Below are positions 26,863 through 36,605 of a stretch of 57,507 nucleotides of DNA, one piece after another (the stretch's first letter is position 1; the number at the start of each line of letters is the position of its first letter). Under the pieces are notes generated by a model. It worked only from the letters and a program-made list of their open reading frames with translations. It did not search any database and was not told the origin of the DNA. The stretch lies in IMG/VR virus record IMGVR_UViG_3300045944_000157, positions 1 through 57,507 of that record; one strand, 5' to 3'. The DNA comes from a virus. Taxonomy: Duplodnaviria > Caudoviricetes. Both the position numbers and the translations under genes were made by a program.

Positions 26863-26964
26863 GCGCCCGTACTAACGTTCATCCCTTGATATCTGAGTGA
26901 AATCCGGTGGCAAAAATCGTCCGGTGCCGGTAAGGTTTTGGTTCGATCAGGGAGACGCACATTT

Positions 26965-27921
26965 ATGTCAAACAAGCATGCACCAGACCCGTTGGTCTAT
27001 CTGCCGCCAGAAGACGCAGAACGCTTCATGATCCTTATCATGACGCATCTGGTCGATTGGCCGCTCAAAACCGCTGAAAGTTTCAGAAATGCAGTTCTGG
27101 GAAACGGTGCCATTGCCGTCAATCCCCTGCTTGGCATCGAAAACGACAACGATGTCAGCTTCCTCAAATCATCCCTTAAGAAGGTGATTGCCGAAGGCCG
27201 AATGATCGATTTCGGCTTCATTCCCAATGAACTCTACAAGACTGAAAGTCTGCGCTCCCGTCGCATGTTTGAAAGCGGCGATTTCCAGCATCCCTACGAC
27301 ACTTGGCTGGGCATCGCATCGTGGGAAGGCGGTTCATGCGGCTACTATTTCACACCGCATCCCGCTGACCCAAGCATGATCCTGTGCATCGAACTCTATG
27401 GGGTATCGGTGCCGCAAGTCGGTGACGCCATCCTCATCTACGATATCATTTCCATAGAAGTGAAAGGCATCGGCCAAACGCTGGTCCATCCGGCACCGAT
27501 GAAGCATGTCCAAGGATACAGCACCTATTTTGGCCAGACTGAGGAAGAGGCTGGAGCGGCACGTGGCGCAAATACGCTGGACCCAATGGTCACCATGCTT
27601 CGTATCTTGGCTGATGCATCGATCCCAATTGTGGATCGACCGGCACCGGTCAAGCTGAACAAACACAGAGTGAAGAAAGGGCTGTGGGAAATCCCTGCCC
27701 ATACCGCTGTTCTGACCAAAGATTACGTCACCGCTTTTAGAGCCGCACAGGCTGGCATGCATGAAAAAGGTACGCATGCATCACCCGTGGCGCATTGGCG
27801 TAGAGCACATAAGAGAACGTTGGCCGATGGACGCATTGTCCCAGTTCGCTCGTCCAAGGTGAATTGGAGGGAGACGGAGGAACTGCACCGTCTGTTCTAC
27901 CGAGTACCGGAAAAGAAGTGA
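26965..27921 (+). CDS. Hypothetical phage protein with SP..H.RR.H.R C-terminal motif
   Basis: AGGGAG RBS; GTHASPVAHWRRAHKR. Confidence 0.75.
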   Translation: MSNKHAPDPLVYLPPEDAERFMILIMTHLVDWPLKTAESFRNAVLGNGAIAVNPLLGIENDNDVSFLKSSLKKVIAEGRMIDFGFIPNELYKTESLRSRRMFESGDFQHPYDTWLGIASWEGGSCGYYFTPHPADPSMILCIELYGVSVPQVGDAILIYDIISIEVKGIGQTLVHPAPMKHVQGYSTYFGQTEEEAGAARGANTLDPMVTMLRILADASIPIVDRPAPVKLNKHRVKKGLWEIPAHTAVLTKDYVTAFRAAQAGMHEKGTHASPVAHWRRAHKRTLADGRIVPVRSSKVNWRETEELHRLFYRVPEKK

Positions 27922-28178
27922 TGTACGGTACAGACATCGAGAAATGCATCGCTTGCGGTGACAATTCGGACGTGATCGACAGCCGTCCGGTCCCGGCAAC
28001 AGGTTTCAGAAGAAGACGGCGGCAATGTCCGCATTGCAAGCGCCGCTGGAGCACCTTCGAAGTGTCGGAAGAAACCTACAGGGTAATCCTTGCAACCGAG
28101 AAGCTTGAGCAACTGGCAGACACGCTGGAGGAACAGGCCAAATCACTAAGGCAACTGACTAAAGGAGAAACCGAATGA
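27921..28178 (+). CDS. NrdR-like Zn-ribbon protein with coiled coil
   Basis: CIACG...VIDSR......RRRRQCPHC..RW.T.E. Confidence 0.75.
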   Translation: MYGTDIEKCIACGDNSDVIDSRPVPATGFRRRRRQCPHCKRRWSTFEVSEETYRVILATEKLEQLADTLEEQAKSLRQLTKGETE

Positions 28179-28477
28179 GAAAGAACGAAAAGACAGCCTT
28201 GACGCCTGATGAGGTGTTGCGTGTAGCCTATGCAGACATCATTAGAGATATCGATCAGGACGATCTCGCCGCCCTGCTCAACGTGAATTCGGGGCGCGTG
28301 GCCGAGGCTGTCATCGCCATACGTTGGGCCATGCATAACCACAAGCTGATCTACAGGCACATCCAGAAACAGAAGAACGGCAGAAAGAAACTGGCAGTCG
28401 CGGAGGTCGTTGAAAACGGGCAGGGCACAATGAAATTCATAGAGGATGGCGACGGTCTGAGAATAACACATGGGTAG
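28175..28477 (+). CDS. Hypothetical HTH-like protein
   Basis: DQDDLAALLNVNSGRVAEA; AGGAGA RBS. Confidence 0.65.
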   Translation: MRKNEKTALTPDEVLRVAYADIIRDIDQDDLAALLNVNSGRVAEAVIAIRWAMHNHKLIYRHIQKQKNGRKKLAVAEVVENGQGTMKFIEDGDGLRITHG

Positions 28478-28763
28478 CAGGATTGGGCGAGGGAAAAAGG
28501 TCAAAATGAAAGACCGCATCAAATGCAGGCTGATGGATGAAATCCTGAAAGGTAACAATATCTACATTGCCGAGACGGTACTTAGTGAGAAGTCCTTCCT
28601 TCTGTATGCCAACAATGACCAGCACACCGAGCCTTGTGACGATCTGTTTATGTGGAAGGGCTATGCCATGCCATTGGTGTCGCAGCCCGTTACGCTCAAG
28701 GATGCCTTGGCGATAGTCGATACACACTGGGACAGCAGGATAAAGATAAATGACATGGCGTGA
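28470..28763 (+). CDS. Hypothetical protein
   Basis: Overlapping operon ORF. Confidence 0.55.
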   Translation: MGSRIGRGKKVKMKDRIKCRLMDEILKGNNIYIAETVLSEKSFLLYANNDQHTEPCDDLFMWKGYAMPLVSQPVTLKDALAIVDTHWDSRIKINDMA

Positions 28764-29178
28764 TCATGGCATACACGCAAGGCTGCACAAGAACCTCACC
28801 GAACTGCTGAAGCGCGGTGAAGTGAACATCACGCTGACCTGTGTTCATATCAACCAGCCTGTCGAGGATGAACGCTTCCACGAGGGCATCTGGCAGTATC
28901 TGGCGCATGCTGGCGCTTTCGTGACCGGTCAGACTGACAGCGATGAAGCGTCACAGTGTTTCGGGTGCGAGAAAGACTGGACATGGAAACGTGTCATCCG
29001 TGGGTTTGTGCTCATGGAGTTTATCGATGTAAATGGTCAGAGCGCGATGGGTACGGTCACCGGATTGTGCCCTATATGTTGGGGTAATGAGCAGAGACTG
29101 TTGAAGGCATTCGAGCGTGATTTCGGCATCAAGCCGGATCAGATACGACGGGTGCATCACGAAGGGGGGCACGCCTGA
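28750..29178 (+). CDS. Hypothetical Zn-binding protein
   Basis: CFGC and CPIC pairs. Confidence 0.6.
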   Translation: MTWRDHGIHARLHKNLTELLKRGEVNITLTCVHINQPVEDERFHEGIWQYLAHAGAFVTGQTDSDEASQCFGCEKDWTWKRVIRGFVLMEFIDVNGQSAMGTVTGLCPICWGNEQRLLKAFERDFGIKPDQIRRVHHEGGHA

Positions 29179-29420
29179 TGATGAAATTCATGACGAACAG
29201 TGAAGCTAGATGCATCGTTGAGGATATGGGCGACCGTATCCTCACCACGGAACAGGTTCTGGAGATACTCCCGGTCAGCAAATCAACGCTGTGGAGACTG
29301 GAGAAACAGGGCATTTTCCCAAGGCACTTCAAGGTCGGTTCCCGCAAGAACGGTTGGCTGGAAAGCGATGTCCAAAGCTGGATCGATAATGTCCAAGAGG
29401 GCAACATCACCGTCAAATGA
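29178..29420 (+). CDS. AlpA-family HTH (excisionase/regulator)
   Basis: IL...QV.....VSKSTLWR....G.FP.......R..GW.ES.V..WI. Confidence 0.85.
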   Translation: MMKFMTNSEARCIVEDMGDRILTTEQVLEILPVSKSTLWRLEKQGIFPRHFKVGSRKNGWLESDVQSWIDNVQEGNITVK

Positions 29421-29782
29421 GGAACCTCAATCTGCTGAACGCCTACCGCTGTATCGGACCAGATATCATCAAATATTTCGGCAGCACAGGAGATCACACA
29501 TGTGGGTTCTTCGTGGTGCCGTCGCCCATCGACAAGGGCGAGATGAAGGTCATGGCATCGTCAGACTACGATTGGGACCATGTTTCGGTATCGCGTCCCA
29601 ATCGATGCCCAAACTGGACAGAAATGGAACATGTCCGACATCTGTTCTTCAAGGATGACGAAACTGTCATGCAACTGCATGTGCCAGTGGTTGACCACAT
29701 TTCGGTACACCCGAACTGTCTCCACATGTGGCGACCGCAAAAGCAGGAAATACCAAGACCACCTTCGATCTTGGTGGCTTAG
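29417..29782 (+). CDS. Conserved phage protein (WDHVSVS..RCP.W.EM family)
   Basis: HVSVS, P.W.EM, Q.H, H.NCLH.W motifs. Confidence 0.8.
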   Translation: MRNLNLLNAYRCIGPDIIKYFGSTGDHTCGFFVVPSPIDKGEMKVMASSDYDWDHVSVSRPNRCPNWTEMEHVRHLFFKDDETVMQLHVPVVDHISVHPNCLHMWRPQKQEIPRPPSILVA

Positions 29783-29790
29783 GGGTAGAT

Positions 29791-30114
29791 ATGGCAAAGG
29801 GTAGGCCGCTCCGCTTCATATCGGGGAACTACATTGATCGCGTCAACGATGCGGTGTTTGTCGAAATAGGCGAAACCACCGTCTATTTCGCTGACCGCAA
29901 GGTGATCGCGATGTACGCCCACGATGCGCTTTATCGCGTCAATGCGCTCGACAGCGGCATCATGTACAAACGTGTGCGGAGCGCCATGCTGCGACACAAG
30001 CCACGCAAGGTGCATGAGATGAAGCGTGAAGACCTGAATGCAATGGTCGAGGCTGCGATCATGACCATGGCGTCCAAGCTGGTGGATGAAAAGCTGGGGC
30101 TGGAAACCGCATGA
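29791..30114 (+). CDS. Hypothetical protein, probable paralogue of 30814..31167
   Basis: V.IGE...YF.....I and LVD..L shared pattern. Confidence 0.65.
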   Translation: MAKGRPLRFISGNYIDRVNDAVFVEIGETTVYFADRKVIAMYAHDALYRVNALDSGIMYKRVRSAMLRHKPRKVHEMKREDLNAMVEAAIMTMASKLVDEKLGLETA

Positions 30115-30821
30115 GCGAGATCACTTTTGCCTGTGAGCCGGTGGTGTTTGGGTCCATTGCCGAACCGGTCCCGGCCAAGAAGATCATCGAAGACTGGTTC
30201 CGCAAGCTGCCGATGGACCTTCCGGAATACAACATCCTTGAGAACTTCGGCAGGACGGTCAAAGCCTGCCCGCCCTTCTTGGATGCCATGACGCTGGGCT
30301 ACATGTTTCTGGTGCCCGCCGACTTCAAGATAGAGATCACCGGCAACGGCACCCACTTCAACGCCTATTGGCGCTATCCGGAACCCTATATCGACGGGCA
30401 TCCACCGAGTTCCATCACCGGACATCCCAAGCATGGCAAGATCATCGTCAAGGTGTTCACCATGTGGGGCATCAAGACCAAGCCGGGATGGTCCACGCTG
30501 ATCTTCCCGCCAATCAATCGTGCCGAACTGCCTCTAGAGGCAATGGCCGGAGTGCTGGACAGCGACCGGATGCACGATGTCCTGACCATTCCATGCTTCT
30601 GTAATCTTCCCGATGGTCTGCATTTCATTCGCAAGGGCACGCCGCTGGCACAGGTGCTGCCTTTCAAGCGGGAGGAACTGAGTATGGTGGCACGGGGAGA
30701 GACACCGGAAGAAAAGCTTCTGCGGGAGAACCACAGGCGTCTGATGATGTCCGAGGTCGGCTCCTACCAGCGCAAAATCCGGCATAAAGGCTACGACGAC
30801 AAAGACGTGGGGCATGATTGA
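30111..30821 (+). CDS. DUF6065-like protein
   Basis: TVK.CPPFLDAM..GY, T.PGWS.L..PP.N, G..D.D, KGTPL.QV.PF.R. Confidence 0.7.
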   Translation: MSEITFACEPVVFGSIAEPVPAKKIIEDWFRKLPMDLPEYNILENFGRTVKACPPFLDAMTLGYMFLVPADFKIEITGNGTHFNAYWRYPEPYIDGHPPSSITGHPKHGKIIVKVFTMWGIKTKPGWSTLIFPPINRAELPLEAMAGVLDSDRMHDVLTIPCFCNLPDGLHFIRKGTPLAQVLPFKREELSMVARGETPEEKLLRENHRRLMMSEVGSYQRKIRHKGYDDKDVGHD

Positions 30822-31167
30822 GTATTCGAGCACACCGGAATTCTTTTTCCACGACGAGATGGGCAACGATATCACCTCCGTCTCAGTCGGAGAGGTGTGG
30901 CTGTACTTCTACAAGCAGACACTGATCGGCGTGCGTGACATGCGCAACAACAGGGCTGTGTTCCTGCGCGTCACGAAAATCCCCAAACCGGATGGCTATT
31001 CGCACCGGCACGAAATCACCTACGACATTGTGCTACGGGCGACCAAGGAACCCTACCACAATCAGGAAACTCCGAAATATCTGCACGCGGAGGAACTGAC
31101 TGCCTTGGCTATCGCGTGGGTGGCTGAAGGCTTGACCAAACACGTCGATCTGGCGCTGCACGCTTAA
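30814..31167 (+). CDS. Hypothetical protein
   Basis: 117 aa, overlapping start. Confidence 0.65.
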   Translation: MIEYSSTPEFFFHDEMGNDITSVSVGEVWLYFYKQTLIGVRDMRNNRAVFLRVTKIPKPDGYSHRHEITYDIVLRATKEPYHNQETPKYLHAEELTALAIAWVAEGLTKHVDLALHA

Positions 31168-31208
31168 CCTTCTTCCTTAGATGCTTCCACAAAATCGGTT
31201 TGGTGGGA

Positions 31209-31236
31209 TTGACAGCCCAGCCGAACCGGATATGAT
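31209..31236 (+). promoter_or_regulatory. Sigma70-type promoter
   Basis: TTGACA-N16-TATGAT. Confidence 0.7.
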
Positions 31237-31293
31237 TTGGGCCGGACGACAAAAAACCGGTCCGACTATAAAGAAACGTTTCAGGAGAAACAA

Positions 31294-32385
31294 ATGAAAA
31301 TTTCCGACGCCAAGACCCTGCTTACCACCATTCTCAAGTACAACATCGACCAACATCTGGCCGGTGTTTCGCATAAGCACTTCATTATTCCTTGCTTCAT
31401 CGGTGATCCCGGTGTCGGCAAGACTTCCATTCCCAATCAGGTTGCCGCCGAAGAGGGCGTTCCTCTTCACACCACCATCATCGCTCAGTATGACGCTGGC
31501 GAAATGGGTGGCTTCGGCATTCCCACAGACGTGGTTTTCGAAGAGGAAGACGACGAGGGAAAAATCCGCCGCTACACTGAGAAGCGTGTGATCCGGGCAC
31601 GCCCCGATTATCTGCCTGATCCACGTACTCCGGAAGGCGTTGTCGGTATCTGGAACCTTGACGAACTGATGCAGGCGTTTCTGGCCAACCAGAACATTTG
31701 CAGCCAGATCGTCAACGAGTACCGGGTTGGCGAACATCCGATTTCTCACGGCATCACCATCTGCTGCACCGGCAACAAGCCTGAGAACAAGGCCGGTACG
31801 ACCACCATGCCGATGCACTTGAGGGACCGTCTGATGTTCATCAACATCGAAGCGGACCACAAGGACTTCAATGACTACGCCAACCAGCGCGGTCTGCATC
31901 GTTGGGTCCGTGCCTTTGTCCAGAAGAACCCGGCGTTCCTTCACAAGTTCGAAGTCGGCGTCAACGCTTTCCCGTCACCACGTTCTTGGGAGCGGACTTC
32001 GGAACTCCTGAAGATGGGCCATGCGCCGCACATCCTGACCGAGTGTCTGTATGGCCAGATTGGTGAGGGTATGGCTTCGCAGTTCCTTGCATGGGTCAAG
32101 GTCGAAGACCGGTTGCCGAGTGCCGAGGATGTTGTGAAAGACCCTGAAGGTGTGCCGGTCTTCGGGGATCGCGATGCCGACGTGAACTACATGCTGATGG
32201 CGAACCTTGTTGAGGTGGCGGACAAGAAGAACCTTGGGCAGATCATCAAGTACCTGAAGCGCATGCCCAACAAGGAATTCGTCGCCATGTGGGCCAAGGA
32301 TGTCCAGCAGCGGCATCCGGAAGTCAACGACCTGAAGGAGATGACAGAGTTTAAGCTGTCCACGTTGACAAAAATCCTCATCTGA
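31294..32385 (+). CDS. MoxR-like AAA+ ATPase
   Basis: GDPGVGKT Walker A, WNLDE Walker B, TGN, LRDR, PSPRSWE; AGGAGAAACAAATG start. Confidence 0.88.
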   Translation: MKISDAKTLLTTILKYNIDQHLAGVSHKHFIIPCFIGDPGVGKTSIPNQVAAEEGVPLHTTIIAQYDAGEMGGFGIPTDVVFEEEDDEGKIRRYTEKRVIRARPDYLPDPRTPEGVVGIWNLDELMQAFLANQNICSQIVNEYRVGEHPISHGITICCTGNKPENKAGTTTMPMHLRDRLMFINIEADHKDFNDYANQRGLHRWVRAFVQKNPAFLHKFEVGVNAFPSPRSWERTSELLKMGHAPHILTECLYGQIGEGMASQFLAWVKVEDRLPSAEDVVKDPEGVPVFGDRDADVNYMLMANLVEVADKKNLGQIIKYLKRMPNKEFVAMWAKDVQQRHPEVNDLKEMTEFKLSTLTKILI

Positions 32386-32465
32386 TACTGCGGTTTCCGG
32401 TCCTGTTTCGGCGGGACCGGTTTCCGGAATATCAACGAAGGGTAGCAAGAAGTTAGGAGAAACAA

Positions 32466-33341
32466 ATGGCTAATCTTTCACATCGGGCCGTCATGGTGGT
32501 CCTCAATCAACGTGCATGGAAGGGCAAGGCGGTGGACCGTGAGGTTGCTGCACAAGCCGAAATAAACGCCAACGCAGAACAGGGCACGATGACTGTCATC
32601 AAACAGTTGACGCCGAAGTACCTGATCCAGCCGATTACCAACATCATGCAGGAAGGGCGGGCGGCGCATTACAAGAAGACCCTTCCCGGTCTGTTCCGTG
32701 GTCAAGCTATCCTGCCGACGAAGATGTTCGAGGATTACATGGTCGAGCAGCAGGAGTACGGCGACCAGTTCTTCAGTGCCGTCGATAAGTTCATCGGCAT
32801 CTATCCGGATATCCGCGAAGCAGCGAAAGGCAAGCTGGGCACGTCCTATAAGGAAAGCGATTTCCCGACAGCCGATGCCATCCGCTCGTACTTCGACTAC
32901 AAAGTGACGCCGGGACCGATCCCTGAAGCGACTGACTTCCGCCTTGAGGGGGTCAGTGCCGAGAACACCGCTGTCTTCAGCAGCGAGGTTCAGGATAGCG
33001 TCAAGCAACTCTATGCCGACGCCACCAAGACCATGTTCGACAGGGCGCGAGCCTATCTGGAGAACTTCTACCGGCAGGCTAAGAACTACAACGTCAAGGC
33101 ACCGGGGGCCATGCTGCGGGACGCCACCATCGATCAGATGAATGCGTTTGCCGAGATGGTCTGCGACATGAATATCACTGGTGATCCTCTGCTGGAACAG
33201 GTTGGCAAGGAACTCCTCAAGGACTTCGTTGACCTGTCGGGCAAGGAACTCCGCAAGTCCGCCGAGATGCGCACCGAGATTGCCGACAAGGCCAAGCGCA
33301 TTCTCGACAAAATGACCCCGGTCAAGCGTATCGCTGCCTAA
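32466..33341 (+). CDS. DUF3150-like helical protein
   Basis: W.G...DR, H...TLP, F...YP, LG..Y...DFP, N.T.DP.L; position between AAA and vWA genes. Confidence 0.65.
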   Translation: MANLSHRAVMVVLNQRAWKGKAVDREVAAQAEINANAEQGTMTVIKQLTPKYLIQPITNIMQEGRAAHYKKTLPGLFRGQAILPTKMFEDYMVEQQEYGDQFFSAVDKFIGIYPDIREAAKGKLGTSYKESDFPTADAIRSYFDYKVTPGPIPEATDFRLEGVSAENTAVFSSEVQDSVKQLYADATKTMFDRARAYLENFYRQAKNYNVKAPGAMLRDATIDQMNAFAEMVCDMNITGDPLLEQVGKELLKDFVDLSGKELRKSAEMRTEIADKAKRILDKMTPVKRIAA

Positions 33342-33406
33342 ACTCTGTGAGGGGGAGCGATCCTCCCCCTTACACCTTCACTCTGAGCCGGACGATTTCC
33401 GGCATA

Positions 33407-33435
33407 TTGACCGGAGCCGCTGGCGGCGGTATGGT
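33407..33435 (+). promoter_or_regulatory. Sigma70-type promoter
   Basis: TTGACC-N17-TATGGT. Confidence 0.65.
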
Positions 33436-33473
33436 CGGACGATAAAAATCAAGCCCTACAGGAGAAACTCAGC

Positions 33474-34745
33474 ATGTCATTGATCACAGATGGTGAAGAG
33501 AAAATCACCAAGGCAAAGACCAAGCTGGTGCTCAAGCACCCGTTCTTCTCAATCGTCGCGCTTGGCCTTCTCTACAGGAACGCGACCGAAGACCACATGC
33601 CAGAGATCAATACGATGGCCACGGATGGCCGTCATATCTGGTGGGACGAAGAGTTCACGGACAAGCTGACTGTCGCTGAGACGGTCGGCGTGATTTGTCA
33701 CGAGGTTCTGCACGTTGTCTTCATGCACTGCCTTCGGCGCGGTGCCCGTGACCCATTGATCTGGAACATCGCTTGTGATTACGCGATCAATCACATCGTT
33801 CTGGATGCCGGTCTGACCTTGCCATCCGACGCATTGTTTGAGCCGAAGTACAAGGATTGGTTGGTCGATGCGATCTATGATGACCTGATCAAAAACCGTC
33901 CGGATTTGCCGAAGCGTATCACTCTGGGACGCCCATGCCCCGATGGCGATGATGGCGAAGGCAACGGCAAGCTTCCCCCGCAACCGGGTAAGGGAGACAA
34001 GGGCAAGGATGGCAAGACGCCTCTGTGGGGCACCGTCATGGAGCCGCGCAACGATGACGGCACGCCGATGAGCGATGCCGAGAAGCGCGAACTGGAAGAG
34101 GAGATCAAGATCAAGGTGGTGCAGGCCGCTGAAGCAGCCAAGTCAATCGGCAAGCTGCCGGTCGCTCTTGAAGGTCTGGTCAAGGCTGTCGGCAAGCCGA
34201 CTGTCGATTGGAAGGCGTACATCCAGCAATGGGTGAGCGGCAAGGTGCCGGACGATTACACTTGGAAGCGCCCGAACAAGAAGATGCTGGGCCTCTACGG
34301 TCTGGTCACTCCGTCCATGCAGTTGAACGGCTGCGGCACTGGCGTCATCTCCATCGACACATCCGGTTCCGTGAGCAACGAGGAACTGGTGAAGTACATC
34401 ACCGAGATCGCTGGCGTCGTGGAAATCTGCAACCCGGACAAGCTGTACATCATGCAGCATGACACTCACGTCCACCGTGTCGATGAGTGGGAACAGGGCG
34501 ATACCTTCGACCACCTGAAGATCACTCACCGTGGCGGCACATGCATCCGTCCGTCATTCGAGAAGGTCAATACCTTCGATGAACAGATCGACTGGATGAT
34601 CTGCTTCACTGACATGGGGATCAATGACTTCCCGTCCGTGAAAGAGGCACCGGATTTCCCGGTTCTGTGGGCGGCGACGGGTCCGGACATTGCTCCCTTC
34701 GGTACCTATCTCTCGCTTCGTGATCCGATCAGCGCGGTGTCGTGA
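33474..34745 (+). CDS. DUF2201-type metallopeptidase plus vWA-like protein
   Basis: TMATDG, HEVLH, WNIA.DYAIN; DTSGS MIDAS, GGT, FTD. Confidence 0.88.
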   Translation: MSLITDGEEKITKAKTKLVLKHPFFSIVALGLLYRNATEDHMPEINTMATDGRHIWWDEEFTDKLTVAETVGVICHEVLHVVFMHCLRRGARDPLIWNIACDYAINHIVLDAGLTLPSDALFEPKYKDWLVDAIYDDLIKNRPDLPKRITLGRPCPDGDDGEGNGKLPPQPGKGDKGKDGKTPLWGTVMEPRNDDGTPMSDAEKRELEEEIKIKVVQAAEAAKSIGKLPVALEGLVKAVGKPTVDWKAYIQQWVSGKVPDDYTWKRPNKKMLGLYGLVTPSMQLNGCGTGVISIDTSGSVSNEELVKYITEIAGVVEICNPDKLYIMQHDTHVHRVDEWEQGDTFDHLKITHRGGTCIRPSFEKVNTFDEQIDWMICFTDMGINDFPSVKEAPDFPVLWAATGPDIAPFGTYLSLRDPISAVS

Positions 34746-35416
34746 TGATGGATCGTGAGAGGGCAGTCCTGACCTTCAAGGATATCAGGACACTCAAGCG
34801 GATGATGTCGGCGTATAGCGCCGACATCAAAGACGTAAGGCGCGGCAAATCGTGGAACGTCGAGCACGAGATCAGGGGGCTCTGTGAGCGCATGAAGCTG
34901 ATGCGCAAGGGACAGCGGGACCGCTCCGCTGATCCTTTGCAAGTCAAGAAAAGCTTCGCTCTCAATGCCGAGAAGGATATCAAGAGATGCCTGACGGACA
35001 TATGTAGCAAGCGCAAGTTCAACGAAACAATTATCGTAGGAGGAAAAGACACAGGAACATGTGAATACAAGGAGGGGATTAACCGATACTCCAAGCCTAC
35101 AGTAACGCTGTGCGTAGGGCATATGTGGTATCGCAATGTCTTCAAGAACATCTACGACCACAATCGGCTGGTCCAGAATGATTACATCATCCTGTCAGCC
35201 GTCGAGTACCGGACCAATGTGCCGCATGTCAGGCTCTACGAGGCTGTCGCTTACGGCATCAGCGAGAAGGGACAAGTGAACGGCTGGATCGGCCAGTCGA
35301 AACTGGGTGAGCAACTCTGTTCCTTCAGGACAGACAAGCAAGCCGCAATCCAAGCAGCGCAAAGGCTGACAGTCAGGTCAGTCAATGAACAAATATCAGG
35401 AGAAACAAATGGCTAG
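34742..35416 (+). CDS. Hypothetical protein
   Basis: 224 aa, coupled. Confidence 0.7.
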   Translation: MMMDRERAVLTFKDIRTLKRMMSAYSADIKDVRRGKSWNVEHEIRGLCERMKLMRKGQRDRSADPLQVKKSFALNAEKDIKRCLTDICSKRKFNETIIVGGKDTGTCEYKEGINRYSKPTVTLCVGHMWYRNVFKNIYDHNRLVQNDYIILSAVEYRTNVPHVRLYEAVAYGISEKGQVNGWIGQSKLGEQLCSFRTDKQAAIQAAQRLTVRSVNEQISGETNG

Positions 35417-36542
35417 CATCATCGAAAGCATCAAGGCAGCGGAAGCAGAGGCTATGGAACCCAAGATCAATCCCGAATTCAGAGACTTGCTCGACATCCA
35501 GTCGGAGGTTTCCTACGAGGAACTGAAGAAGATGATCGAAGCGGAGGGTATTCGCGATCCCATCGTCGTATGGGCAGAGCAGAACGTGATTGCGGACGGT
35601 CATAACCGTTTCAAGATCGCCAAGGAACTGGGCATCGAATGCCCACGAGTGGACAAGTCCTTTGCCGACGAGGCCGAGGTCAAGACGTGGATCATTCGCA
35701 ACCAGTTGGGGCGGCGCAACCTCACTCCGGCACGCTTCGAATACTACATCGGCAAACTCTACAACGAGCAGAAGGCTGAGACTGCACAGGAAAAGCAGGA
35801 AGGCGGCGGCAACGTTGCCGAGAAGCTGGCGGCTGAATTCGAAGTGTCGGAGAAGACCGTTCGTCGCTACGGCACCAATGCCAAGGGCATCGACGCCATC
35901 GAACGCATCCGTGGCAAGCTTGAGAAGAACAAGCAGTTGTCGAACAAGCCGACCTACACCAGTGAGGAAGTCGCCGTCATCGGACAGGCTCCCAACACCA
36001 CGGTTGCGGCGAAGACCCTGAAGAACATCGATGACTATAAGAAGCAGAAGGCAGAGAAGAAGCAGGAAGACAAGGCTATCAAGGCTGCTGTGGTGGACAA
36101 GCAGACCTACTACGGTGTCGCCCTGTGTGAGCCAGACTTCTCCGCTTCCGGTTTCTCCATCTCGACAGAGCCGAAGCCGACGCTCGACAAGAACGCCGCC
36201 TGCTATGTGATCGTGCCGGATGAGTGGCTGGCCGAGGGCATCAAGCTTCTCGACAAGTGGGGTCTGCGCTACGAGGCCAGCTTCATCTACTGGTCATCGG
36301 CCAAGATCGATGACGGTCAGTTCTCCAAGATCGTCCATCGCAACGTGTTGCTGGCGACCAAGGGCCAGATCACCGGACCCAAGGCAGGGCAGGAAGCATC
36401 CTCCTGTGTCCTGCTCAACGGTGATATCGGTCCTGCCGTGGTCAAGCTGATCGACAGCTACCACAACGGCAACACCAAGAAGCTGGACATGCGCCGTGGT
36501 GCCAAGGCCAACGGCAATTGGGAGATCGTCTCCGTCAAGTGA
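35409..36542 (+). CDS. ParB-like N-domain, HTH and degenerate MT-A70-like C-domain
   Basis: EGIRDPI.VW...DGHNR, NQLGRRNL, A.EF.VSEKTVRR; WG..Y...Y W and LLATKG with EPDF in place of DPPW. Confidence 0.75.
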   Translation: MASIIESIKAAEAEAMEPKINPEFRDLLDIQSEVSYEELKKMIEAEGIRDPIVVWAEQNVIADGHNRFKIAKELGIECPRVDKSFADEAEVKTWIIRNQLGRRNLTPARFEYYIGKLYNEQKAETAQEKQEGGGNVAEKLAAEFEVSEKTVRRYGTNAKGIDAIERIRGKLEKNKQLSNKPTYTSEEVAVIGQAPNTTVAAKTLKNIDDYKKQKAEKKQEDKAIKAAVVDKQTYYGVALCEPDFSASGFSISTEPKPTLDKNAACYVIVPDEWLAEGIKLLDKWGLRYEASFIYWSSAKIDDGQFSKIVHRNVLLATKGQITGPKAGQEASSCVLLNGDIGPAVVKLIDSYHNGNTKKLDMRRGAKANGNWEIVSVK

Positions 36543-36605
36543 TTGGGTAGCGAGGGGCCGGTTCGTCCGGCCCCTGTCTGAGCAATCACGCTCAAGGGGT
36601 AGACC
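36539..36605 (+). repeat. Diverged 6th copy of the intergenic structured element
   Basis: GTGATTG..AGGGGCCGG-TTCGT-CCGGCCCCT..GAGC-AATCAC-GCTC then RBS and ATG. Confidence 0.6.
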
